Origin: Utricularia gibba
Taxonomy: Eukaryota; Plantae; Magnoliophyta
NCBI GenBank assembly: GCA_002189035.1
Contig: NEEC01000016.1
Span: 372,001-436,000, forward strand
Direction of reading: 5' to 3'
DNA length: 64,000 bases
In this document: piece by piece, positions 41,344-53,500 of the stretch
How positions within the stretch are numbered: the stretch's first letter is position 1
Layout of the letters: every line of letters starts with the position of its first letter
Position numbers and translations under genes: made by a program
The notes under the pieces: generated by a model
Seen by the model: the letters and a program-made list of their open reading frames with translations, nothing else
Database searches by the model: none
Told to the model about the DNA's origin: nothing

Positions 41344-42593
41344 GTGGTCACCAAGCTCCACCAGCCTGTAATGTGTGATGGATTCAACAAAGGAATGAAG
41401 ACAACAGTTCCCAGCTTTTCACACCTATTGTTTCTGATTGTTTTACACAAAAACAGCATACCTCCCTCATAAAGCAAGAAAGAATTACTTTGAAGACGGC
41501 GCAGCAGTCTTCTGTTCATCCTGTTTGCTATCATGGACCGAACTATGTTGTGGGCTCCATGGGTGCATTCGTAGCCCGTATCTTTGTACCTGAGAGTGAA
41601 GCTGTGGCCTTTCCGTCGTCGCCCATTGGAGTTCTTCAGGTTTCGAAGATGGTGGGGTTTTCGATGCAACCCCACGGTATACAGTCAATGCACAAGGAGG
41701 GGCACCGGCATTGCCTGGGCTCGACGAGGTCAAGAATATTGATGCTTGCCAGTTATCGTCCTCTGGATTTGCGTCCTCGTGTTTCTTCTTGTAATCGACT
41801 TGTTTGAGAAGATTTTCCATTGCGTGGTGTGTTTTCGTTGATGCTTTGATTCTTCACGGATGGTGTAACCGATGATGATCTAGTTGTTTCCTTTCTTTCA
41901 TGAAGCCTGTCTACTGTGAGAGCGTTTAATCTTCCACGTTTTGGGGAACATCCAAATTGTTTTCTAGCAGCAAATTTGAAAGTGTTTTTTGCTTGCAAAT
42001 AACTGTTTCATTTATATTTCTCTGAATGTAAGATCGTAAGTTGATGACGCTTGTTCTGTATCTTCTTTAACTCATGCTTTTGTGTGTGTTTTTATTTCTA
42101 TGCTAACATTCTGGTTCTAGCTGCAAAATCACAACAAGAAGAGATTTGAGGATAGAGCAAACTTAACTGTTTCATTTGGTGGTGAGCTTCTTCATCATGC
42201 CGAGGAACTCATTAGGATATACTACAGCAGTCAATAAGGTTAGACATTCCCAATAACAATTAGGAACACACAATTTGAGCTTTTGTTTGTGTTTTTTCTT
42301 CTATCCGTTGATCTTACTCTTTTATGCTAGCAGACAATTGGTATATTAGATAGACTGGTACATAAGGTTCTGAAAATATGGATGTGAGAAACAAGAATGA
42401 GGTGATTTCAGGAATGTGATCTTCAATGTCCTTTGATTGCTGGCAAGTAAGTTGATCTTACTCTTTTATGCTGGCAAACAATTTGGACTAGAGGATTTGT
42501 TGTGTACTTTGATTGCTGCGGTAAATTCCTCCGTTTTTACCCTTATCCTAATTTCCCTGATGTTCTAAACTTCATTTGAGTTTACTTGAGCCC

Positions 42594-42987
42594 TGCATTG
42601 ATAATGTGCGAGTTTCAAAATTTTTAGGTGGAGGCATACATGATTCAAAAGTGGTCAGAGGTATGGTACTCAAGATGGATTCCTTGGGGACCATAAAGAG
42701 GGTTGAAAAGGCGAAGATGGGTATTGATTTTGTAACTACAGTGATGCCTCCCACCTCTGCTCATCACAAAACTATATACACAGTTTTGAGATCATGAATC
42801 AAAAGGAATATGAGAAACATTGCATTAAGTTCCTATCTGGAATGCTCGCAATTTTACTTGATGCAACCTTCTGTGAATCAATCTTCTTCTATTTTTTTGT
42901 TTTAGGTTGCACACTGTGTTTTCAGCCAGCGTGGATACAACTGCCACGGAGACTAAAGGAACAGTTGTTATTCACAATGCTGAGCAG
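42594..42987 (+). pseudogene. CCT8: Isolated two-exon fragment of chaperonin subunit theta (CCT8/TCP1-theta) with a 4-nt insertion
   Basis: IDNVRVSKFLGGGIHDSKVVRGMVLKMDSLGTIKRVEKAK (42594-42716) and VA-(+4 nt)-VFSASVDTTATETKGTVVIHNAEQ (42906-42987, AG..GT bounded) match consecutive CCT8 segments as recalled. No other CCT8 exons are nearby. Confidence 0.8.
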
Positions 42988-43362
42988 GTATATGTTTTCA
43001 AATCATGAAAACATAACAAAAAGTTGTACATACAGCATGATTGATCAATGATGGATGTTTAAGGTTTAGGATCAGTAGTTAAGACACTGGATTAGAGAGC
43101 TTGGGCGTGCATTTACAGGTGGGCTGTGGATGGGACAGGGCAGGCAGGAGAGGAGCCACAAACAAGATGCCAACACAAGCCATTAAGAAGCTGCCCTGTT
43201 GGGTCTCCACCTCACAGGCCTAGCCCTCTCTATTCATGCGTATCGTCTCCAGCGCAGAAGCAGAACCAGAGAGCATCCGATCTATGCACACAGGTTCTTG
43301 TCTTTTTCCCTCCAATCCTGAGGTTTGATTGCTTTCTTGTTTCTGGGTTTCTCTCTGAGGCG

Positions 43363-43830
43363 ATGAAGGTTTACCCCGTGCCTGCGGGGTGCAACCTCGA
43401 CCTTCAGTTCGATGTTCTTGCTCCGGCGAACGCTCGCCGCCGGAAGAAGTTGCAGCGCCTGCCCCATATTTTCACCAAGGTTCTCGTGCTGCCTTTCCCT
43501 TGGGACGCCGATGTGTCCATCGTTGAAACCTCCGATTTTCTCCGATTCTCCGCCGTCACTGAAGAAGTCACTCATGAAGTCTGGGTGGACGCCGTCGAGA
43601 TCTACCCCGGGGTCACCAAGGTCGTTATTAGAGGAAACGGCGTCGTTGATTCGCCGGCTACCACGGATTTCAATCTCGATATGTGGCGGTTTAGGCTGCC
43701 GGTTTCGATGCGTGCAGAGCTTGCGTCTGCCGCTTACTACGGTGGGGAACTGGTGGTGACGGTGCCCAAGGGGCCGGAGGAAGCCGAACAAGACGGCGAT
43801 GGTGTCGTCGGAGGGCTTGTGTTCGTATAG
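43363..43830 (+). CDS. Uncharacterised plant HSP20/alpha-crystallin-like protein (At3g22530/At4g14830-like), intronless, 155 aa
   Basis: MKVYPVP..KKLQRLPHIFTKVLVLPF.WDADVSIVET..EIYPGVTKVVIR..DMWRFRLP..AELASAAYYGGELVVTVPKG. Confidence 0.85.
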   Translation: MKVYPVPAGCNLDLQFDVLAPANARRRKKLQRLPHIFTKVLVLPFPWDADVSIVETSDFLRFSAVTEEVTHEVWVDAVEIYPGVTKVVIRGNGVVDSPATTDFNLDMWRFRLPVSMRAELASAAYYGGELVVTVPKGPEEAEQDGDGVVGGLVFV

Positions 43831-45096
43831 TAACAAACGGAAACTGCTTCTTTTCCTTATGCTCAACAATGGAGAATGAATGATAAATCATCCATTCTTC
43901 TTCATATTGAATAACAATAGGTTTTCACCAAAGATTTGCCTTTTGTGGTGCTTTGTTTCCCATCTGAATTCTCTGAAGAATTCATCTTTCTGGGCGGGTT
44001 ACAAGTAAAAATGAAGGCTTCTGCGCAACTCAAGAACCCATCTCTCCCGATCCTTGAGATTGAATAAATTTGTGTTCAAAATGTAATCTTTTCAGCAGAA
44101 CAACAGAATCTGAGAATGGGTGACTGAGCTCGAACTTCCCCATGTGAACTTTCCTGTGAAACCGAAGAGCTTGGCTAATGGGTGAAGCTCAGTTTTGATT
44201 CTTCTTTGATTCACACCTATCCCTGATCCCCTCCGCTCCGGTATCATCACTGAATAGGCCTGGTACACCCACAAATGCCATTCAAGAGATCACACCATTT
44301 TCACTTCTGGGATCAAGATAAATTGGGTCTCTTTTTGGTTTACCTTGAGGCAAGAGTAGAGAAAAATGTCACCACAAACTGACCAAACACAGCTGCAGTA
44401 GAAGTAACTGGTATAGAGTTGAGGGACAGCCAGCTGCCAATTGAATTATTTTTGAAAAGCCGGTCACAAGGTGAGGTGATCGTCCAGGGCTAGCACCTGA
44501 ATGCAACTAGAGTTTCAGTCAATAAAAGCACCAACGAATTGAAATGGGCGACTCACAGGAGGGCTATGTGTCCTAATAAACGGCGGAGTATTCGAGGGAG
44601 AGATCGGAGATGCCTATCCACGGTTTGTTCCGATCCAACCACTGCTTTTTTTTTTTCAACTGGGTCGCTCTTACCGCCATTCCTGGAACTCTTTTGCGTT
44701 TGGGTTTCCGAGTGGAAGAAGAGGAGATAGGAAGATTTTGGGAGAGAGCGAAATGGGTGTCAAAAGAAGAGAAAGCTGAACGGGTAGCAGGTGCCATGGG
44801 AAAGTTCATACCAGGAAAAAAAAGTGTTCTTTTATTAAAAAAAAACTTAAAAAAATGTTCTGTTGTTGGGTATTTAAGCATGAAGAGTTGCGGACTAGGG
44901 CCTCTTCTCCCCGCCCTTTATCCCCGCCGCCATCACTGCTGCAATTCTCATCAAAGCGTCGTCATCGCAGGGAACAGGGAAAGATGTCCCTGGGGATTAT
45001 GTGGAGCATATAGCATAGAAAGGGAACAAGGTGAAACCTTTGGCTTGAACTCTTGATGGGTAGAAGATAAAGCTTTCTGGATGTTTTGTGAATGTT

Positions 45097-47580
45097 ATGA
45101 TGATAGCTAAGAAGTCTTCCGTTCTCACGTTAGCTGAGAAATGCAAGGTTTGTAAATTGTGAACTCGCTGCAGCGATATCTTTTCTTGCCATTTGAGTTC
45201 TTCAATGTAAATCTTGTTTTTTTTTTTTTGTTGCGCTCTGTTCCACAACAGAGCATTTTGGCATCAAACTGGCAGGGCAGCTTTAACACCATCAAAGCTG
45301 ACTCCATGGGAAGGTAATGGTGAGGAGATTAGAATCTGCTGGTGTAAGGAATTTGCTTTGCGTTTTAGTTATGATTGTTAATCATAATCTTTATTGGCTT
45401 CTTAAGTAAGGAGGAGATCTACACATCGAAGGTGAAATATTTTTTGAACAAGGGGAAGCCCTACATCTGGGTACCTGAAGGGGAGCTGCATAATGTGGTA
45501 CGTTAGTATGCGGAAATTTATGCGCTATTCAGCTTCGAAATTGTTTTATATTTGTCTTGTGAGCCAGGAGGATGATTTGTTGTTGGAACATAACCTGTTC
45601 ATAGGTGTGAAATAAGCAATTGTTATTTTATTAAGAGCATCTAATTATTAAATGTCTGAATTTCATTTTTTTGGTTCATTAGTCACAAGATGTAAGATCA
45701 CTTTTTTTGTGTGTTTAGATACCATGTTGTTTCATCTAACTACTGGTATAAACAAAGAAAGGGTAGGCTTTATTATGTATTTTAGTTTATCTTCGTCGAG
45801 TTCATGAGTTTTGTTTCTGCCATTCTCCGAGAAAGGGACATGTTTGTGTCCTAGGCTCACTGTGGTCTTTCATTCTGTGATTTTTCCCCCTTTTGTCTCA
45901 GAATGCTATAATAGATGAACGTGGCTCCTTTGCGGTGAGCAGTCCATCTCCTGGCCCACTTTTGCATCTACTTAAAGCACTCAAAAAGGTGGGAATAAGT
46001 AGATCTCCTTCTTGCTTCACCACTTGAATCATGTTCATATTTGAATTCCAGCTTATGCATGCATACCCTGTGGTGCTCAATCATATCGGTTTGCATTGCT
46101 CAAAATTGTTCGTATTTTGCAGCCTCCTGCTCGTGTTGCTCTGCTTGGTGATATTGCACACCTGAAAGATGAAAAGGCATGTGTTACACTTTCATGATTC
46201 AGGAATGATTAAACCATTTTTTTCTCAGAATCGAAGCTTGGAACACATTGTTTATTTCATCTAACAAATCAATGTTTTTTCCTACTGTTGAAAACTATTA
46301 AGCATGGTGTTATGCAAGTTATCATTTCTGCGTTGACATTGGAACATATGATTTCGTTACTATTTTAGCTACAGGAACCATGTAAAATTGTTTTCCCTTT
46401 TCATTTACAAAATCTCTCGATGAAAAAATTGACTTCATAACATTTCTTCATGTATTCTCATTCTTTAATGTTGTGAAGAAGAAGACATATCATGTCCCAA
46501 TTTTGTGTTTTTACCTTTTGTGTCCTACCAACTCAGTAACAAAAATCCATTGCTTGTAGTTTTCTTCCTTTAATATAGTAAGATCATGTGCAATGATACA
46601 TTTGATCATGTTGTGGTAATCATGGTATGAGAGAAAATCGCTGACAAAGCATGTCTTCCTAACTGCCTCTTACGTTGTCATAGGCCTTGGCAGCCGGTGA
46701 AAGCCTTAAAGAAAGCATATCAGCGAACAAGAAGTCTGTTACTGAGATGAGTTACTCTGTTTCTCAAATTATGAGTTCATCAGTTGCCCAATTGGCAGAC
46801 CTTAACGTGATACTCCAAGGACTAGAAAACTATTGTGTATACAAGTTTAATCCAAGGTCAGGAGTTGTTTCCTTTCTTTCTGAAATAGTGCTTTCTGTTT
46901 GAATTACAAGGAGTCTAATTAACTACAAAAGTTTGCGTGCAGATCTTGCATGTATATTGATCACACAGGGAGCATTCATGAAGTCCAACTTGAGAATTTC
47001 TCCAAGGCTAAAACAGATCCTTTATGTAAGATGTTTTTCTAGTATGTTTTTACGACTGAGCACTACTATGACATCTGCACTCTGAAATGGTTACTTTGCA
47101 CCTCATACAGCACTCTACACAACGAGCCTGATTGATGGAATCAATCGAAGTGAAACACGGCGGCGAGCTCTAGCCCTTTTCTGCATTGCATTCCTAAACC
47201 TGAATGCAAAGGTATGCACCATCTTCATTCGAGTATGAAGGTTATCCTCTTCAGGAGAATAGCTGCCAGTTTTCTCCTCGAGTTCATTTTTAGCATCAGG
47301 CTCACATATGCTGCTCACTCCGGGTCGTGCTTCAACTTGTAGATCATTGATTTGTGTGTTTTGGATTCCTTTGAAGGATGCATTTGTTGTTTCCATGGAT
47401 AGAAAGGGGTTTGATGTGTTGGGGAAAGTCAGCTCAGATGGATCAGGAGAGTGCCAATGGAAGGAGTTAAGATTCACATTTACAGAGGAGATTAATGGCG
47501 TGGAAGCCTTCTGCCAGAAGCTCATCGAAATGGAAGAAGAAGCAGTTAAGTTTGTCCAACACTGCACTGGTATCCACTGA
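45097..47580 (+). CDS. Conserved plant protein of unknown function, FMN-binding split-barrel-like (probably At3g04020-like), 9 exons, one GC-AG intron
   Basis: VLTLAEKCK|SILASNWQGSFNTIKAD, IYTSKVKY..GKPYIWVPE, IIDERGSFAV, LIDGINRSETRRRAL and SMDRKGFDVLGKV..QWKELRFTF..FCQKLIEMEEEAV. Exon phases are consistent. Confidence 0.82.
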
Positions 47581-47936
47581 GCTTTATTTTGTACATACGC
47601 TCTCTGTAATTTTTGAGGATGAATCCTCTACCAAGCTTATAGCCTTGTCCCAGTTTTCTTTCTTTTCCTTGCAAATTCTGACATTTGAGAGCAGAGCAAC
47701 TCCAACAACATCAACTACAGAATGCATCAACAACTACAATGTTCTCTAACCAGATCAAGAAATTGCAACACTGCAAGTGATCAGACAAAGCACACAGCTT
47801 AAAGTCTGAGGCTAAAGATGTCTTTAAACACAGTTTTCCATTTCCGAAAAAAAAATGTGACTCAAAGAATCAACAATAGTGCCATTTAGTTCCTAAGAAA
47901 TGGAGCTAAACCACCTTGATGTCATAGGTACTCTCT

Positions 47937-49509
47937 CTAGAAGAATGGTGGGAGGATCACCCAACGCCGGTGATACTTTGGTTTCCCGTTTTTACCATCG
48001 AAAAGCTGCAAAAAGAATAAAAAAAGAAAGTACAATTCATCACATTCATGTTCAGTGCAGTACTAACATGTTGCAAAAGCAGCTTAAGGGGCGGAGGAGA
48101 GACTCACCTTCCTTAACCGCTTGTGCTTGGCAATAGCCCAGGTCGTCATTATAGCGGCAGCAACTACCATGAAAACATAGCCTGCTATGGTTTGTGTAGC
48201 AATGTTGAAGCCTAGCCACTGATAAATTTCTGTTGTGTAGTTTGCACAAGTAACCAAATTGAACAAAAAGCCCCGTGGGATTTGGTAGCCAGATGTATCT
48301 GAACGACGAAGGTTTCTCAACAATATATGGCAGTAGAGGTTGGAGACTTGGCAGAGCAACCCAAAAGCAAATCCGATCTTCATTTGAAGGACACTCACAG
48401 GTGTGTACAGAGGATGGTTGACATAGTATGCAATCCAAGCACCAAACGTCCAGTAATAAGCACAGTTCCGGAAGACATTTGATAGAGGCGATGTTGCGTG
48501 GCTGAACCGGTGGATGAAAAAGGTTTCCATGATGCGTTTGAAATAATGGAGACACCAGTACCATAAAGCATATGTCTGGACTGGAACAGGGGCGTGCTCT
48601 TCCTCATATCCAGTGAGCTTGTAGACAGGGAAGTAGTGGAAGATAGGAAATATAATCAGAGGACCCAAATATTCCCAGAAGAAAAGAGTGCTGTACTTGA
48701 CTTGTGGACCTAAATCCTTGAAAACCACAGTTAACTCATTTTTGCTCCCATCAGTATATTCCTTCAATCCTTTTTTCCAGCCTAAAACCACAGGCCTTTC
48801 CTTCGATCCAGATGGAAGAGGAAGAGTCAATCGCTGTCTAGATGGATAGTACTTTTTTGCTGTTAGAGGAACAAAAAAAAAAGATCATGACGTGATGAAT
48901 GAAGAAAGAAAATGAAAAACATCCATTACCACCACCGCACAGGTGGAAGGAAGTATACAAAGGTTATGCTGGTACTAAAGTCGGGAGAAACCAAGCTCAG
49001 TTTTGAAATGAAAAAGCAAGCGCACCAAATACTCAAAACCAATTCGAAAAAATAATCACTTGTTAAGGAAATTGAGAAGTCCAAACATAATCACCACCAC
49101 CCCCCACGAGTGATTGGGTATCAAAACCCTTACCCCATCCTTCACCTTCACTGCTCCTTAAATTCTAAGGTAGAGTTTAGAAACCCAACCTCCCATATCT
49201 CTGATACCCTTATTTCTAATAAAGCACTCGCTCAATTAATGTTAACCATAAATGGAAAATCAACCAAAATGAAAGATGAATCAACTTACTCCGATTGTGA
49301 ATGGCTTCCTGCAGATCAGCCACGGTCGCCTGTAAACCAAATCCATAGAAATCTCAAGGACTTGTACAAGAAAAAAAAAAACAGCAGAAGCTAGAAGCGC
49401 AGATCACAAGATAAGATTTTTCAATTAAGGAAACACGCACAGAGTCGGAGAGTTCAAGGCCACCCTTGATGAACTCGCGTCCGCTACGAGTAGTGACTGT
49501 AATCCTCAT
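47937..49509 (-). CDS. ECR: Very-long-chain enoyl-CoA reductase, 4 exons
   Basis: [88 protein letters not shown] and last exon [22 protein letters not shown] (CER10 ortholog). Confidence 0.95.
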
Positions 49510-49829
49510 GGTGGCTGGCTTCAGCTTGGTTTCTCCGCCGTAGCACATGGAAAGATGGGGAATTTGACCAAAGCCTACGAGCTAGAAGCACCTCACACCC
49601 GGCGCTCTCTGCTTCCCTATTTTACAATAAATGACGCAGTTGAAGGAGTCGTCCGCTGTTGGGTAGAGGTAGATAAGCACCCCAACAAACCCTGCAGAAA
49701 GCCAATGAAGGTCAAGGACCAAGGAGTTCTATGCTATTCGTATTTATGGCTTTTTGTATTTTGAGCAAATCTTGAATCCATCGTGTATTGGTCAAACCTT
49801 CCTACCCCATTTTACCTGAAACTAGAACC

Positions 49830-50358
49830 TCACTGTGGAGACGACGAAGCATTGATGTCATGGATGCTCGATCTTTTTCGCTTCCATGGTCTGGAGCATG
49901 CCGTGGAAAAATTTGGAACCTGGGTTAGGGTTCTCGTCACCGCTGCATTTCTTGAGATACCTCTCCGGTGACAATTTCAGCCCAATAGAAGCAGCCTTCA
50001 CTGCTCGAGTTCATAACCAAGCTTTTCTTTCCACAAACTTGTAACATCTTTCACATCGTAGCATCCACATCTATAAAACCCAAAATCCTGTGATTCGTTG
50101 CATCAGATGGAGGGAAAAGCTTTGATATTGTGTTACTTCCACGGAGTGTTAGCATAAGCAATCTCCGCCACGCCGTGCACCGGATCAAGTTACCGCGCCT
50201 CTATTTCCTCCGGCGACAAACACGGTAGCTCTTCAGCGATTCTCCACCACCGATCATCCGGTCCGTCGCTTATGAATGTGATTGAGGACAGGGTTACACC
50301 GTGGTGAACGGTGAGTTTTAGGGATACGGAGACCACCGTCCGCGTCGCCGTTGGCCAT
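49830..50358 (-). pseudogene. Decayed DIVARICATA/SRM1-like R-R MYB (SANT plus SHAQKYF class) pseudogene
   Basis: TATATA at ~50413-50419 and ATG at 50358. SANT-like DDRWWRIAEELPCLSPEEIEAR*LDPVHGVAEI has TAA at the conserved Tyr position (50190-50192). A second-domain remnant reads EQ*RLLLLG*..GISRNAAVTRTLTQV..KRKRSSIHDIN. Confidence 0.72.
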
Positions 50359-50570
50359 TTCAGAAAGTTTCTGGATTTGCTTCTCCTCTTCGTGTCGGTG
50401 ATAACTGAACTGTATATATAAAGATATAAATTTTTTTTGAATCCAAATCCTCATTCTTCAGTTCAGTTAATCTCGACATCGATTGCTCATCTACCCTCTT
50501 TTCATATAAATCACTGTCTTTCGCCTTCTATCCCCATTCGACGTTGTTTTCTTGAATTCCGCCATCGCCG

Positions 50571-53500
50571 ATGGGCCGGAGTCCAGCCTCATCGCCGGAA
50601 CATGTTTCGGTTGACGCCACCTCCGCCAGCGCGTCAGCGTTTCACTCGATCCGTGACCGTTTTCCCTTCAAGAGATATAACAGTGGCAGCAGCAGAAGCA
50701 CGCTGCCTCGGTCCTCGAAGACAACGACGCTACCCCATAAAACACCCCGATCTTATCAGCACAACAAGAGGAGGCTTCCGTTGCTTGCTTTTGTTGGAAA
50801 ATCGTGGTTCTTCTTGTGCATTTTGATTGTGATATTCACGTTCGCTTTAGCTTCGATGGTTCTGCAAAGAGCCATCATGCCTGGTTTTCGACAGGGAGTG
50901 GGTAGAGAGGTAAAGCGATGGCGGTGGTCGGTGAAGGAGGGGTTGAAGCTTGGAAGTACGTTGAACTTTGTACCACGGTGGAGCCTCGAGCTGAATACTA
51001 GCCGGCTTGATTTGGAAAGAAGCCAACGGGGAATAGGGCTGCGCCGGCCGAGAATTTGCGTTGTGAGTGGCTGACTGTGATCAAGTACATTGTGCTTTTC
51101 AACTTTGATGCATTCGTGTGCGAAGTGAGTCATTGCTATTCTGCTATGAGTTTCAGATTTTAGGAAGCATGGAGAAAGATATTTCCGCACTGATGCTTTA
51201 TTCTGTAATGAAGAACTTGAGAGATCTGGGCTATCTACTCAAGGTGCCACAGTTGCAACTGATGCTTGTTATGTCGTTCTGTAATTTTTGAATTTTCTCA
51301 TTCACGAGCCAATGTGTCAATGCTTGTTTGATAAGGTGCATTCTACTATCTGTAACAAGTGAAAGCTGAACTGCAGCCGAGCTGATAGCACATTTTCATC
51401 TAAAATGTGTCTGAAACACAACATAACCAGATTCATCTGTTACAGATTTTTGCGTTAGAAGACGGTGAAGCACGCTCATTTTGGCAAGAAATAGCCGAGC
51501 GAGTCTCAGTATTAAGTCACGATGGATATGGCCTTATTGATTGGTCTATGTATGTTCGACTTTCAAATATTGTCCGATGGAGTGTAGTCTGGATACGATA
51601 TCAATATATTTAGACGTGCTGACATGTCCATCCTTCATTTCTCTCCACCTTAATGATTTTTCATTGGATTTGCTGTTCATGCTTTTGCTCATTGACTGTA
51701 TGCTTTGTTCTGTTTGTTTTTTTAGAGGAGAGGGAGTGAGGGGCCATCTGCCTCTGTAGAGATTCCCATGTGATAATAATATTAAAAACCTAGACTATCA
51801 TCAGTTAGAGATTGCTGTGCTTGGATTATCGGACTGTATTCTATTTCTTTTCAACTTCAGCTTTGTTTTCTGGATTTGATTTGCGCATTTTTCATTGATT
51901 ATAGGTGTGAAGGAATTGTTGTTGACGATATTGAAGCCAAAGATCTCATTTCCAGGTAATATCTGAACTTTCATGACCATGATCATTCATTCATCAAATT
52001 CAGAACAGATCTCGTTGAGTCTCTTGGTGATGGTGTTTTGTATGTAGTCATTCGTATCAGATATCATTCTAGATTCAGATTTTTTCCCCCTTGTGCAGTA
52101 TAAGATGGTGAATGTGATACTGCGTTAAATTGTGTAAGGGGTTTTTAGCGTTCTATGATGGTGAATTTTACATGTTTACAGCCTTATGCAGGAGCCTTTC
52201 TGCTCTATACCACTAATATGGATAATTCAAGTAGATAATCTTGCCAATCGCCTGCAGCATTATGAGAAGAGTGGCTGGGACCAGCTCATTTCAAATTGGA
52301 AAAAAGCCTTTAATAGGGCTGATGCTCTTGTGTTTCCTGATTTCTCCTTTCCGGTAAATACATTTTCTTTTATACCTTAATGATATCAATCATAATGATT
52401 TTACTAGTTGCAGTGCTTACTGTTTACTTCGCTATTTGGCCTTTCAGATGTTATATGGCATGCTTGACACTGGAAATTTCTTTGTCATTCGGGGGTCACC
52501 TGTGGATGCTTGGGCCGCAGAAAGATATGCTAAAACTCATTCCAAATCTCAGCTGAGGAAAGAATATGGTTTTGAAAATGATGACCTGCTGGTCCTGGTG
52601 GTTGGAAGTTCAATGTTCTTCAGTGAGCTTTCTTGGGATTATGCTATTGCAATTCACAGCCTTGAGCCTTTGCTGGTCAAGTATGCCCAAGGTGATGCTG
52701 CCCCGAGATTTAAGTTCATGTTCTTATATGGAAATTCCAGCAACTTTCCATATGACGATGCTTTAAAGGTATGCCCTTTCAAGTTGGTCTCCAAGTTTAG
52801 TTGTTTCAAGTGTCTGGTCAAAATGGGCTTTGTATGTGAACTTGAAACCGGAAAAATTGAATGTTGTCTTTTGGAATATAAGACTACCTTCAGCAACCCT
52901 TCTGTTTTTGGAGCCATTTTATGTTGCAAATACAGAATTTGATGGAGTCTTTCTCCTCTTGATTTCATTTGTGCCATTGACATGTACGTTATTTTTTTAT
53001 TTGATATGTTTGATTTCTGTCATAACTATGCTGTTCATTGGTGGAACGTTGGATTCCTCATTTTGTTTTGTTGCATGTTTCGTTTTTATGACAAAAGTGT
53101 GAGCACCGCATACTTCTCTCTGGGTAATCACATATGGTAGTAAATCTCCCTACCAGTTTATGATACATGTTCAAACTTGGATAGCTGATTCCCGTTCGCC
53201 TCTACTTTTTTTCGTGATAAATTACTTGTATACATACATGTAGGACTTAGCAACTCGTCTAAGACTAAATCGAGGATCTTTGAAGCATTATAGCATGGAA
53301 AATGATGTAAGTGGCTTGACACTGATGGCTGACATTGTTCTGTACGCGTCATCTCAAGATGAACTTGGGTTTCCTCCCATTTTGACACGAGCCATGGTTT
53401 TCGGAGTTCCTGTGATTGCTGCAGATTATCCCACCATAAGGCAATATGTATGTCTTTTTTTTTTTCATAGAAAGGTTCACTTTCTGAGTTATTCGTGTAA

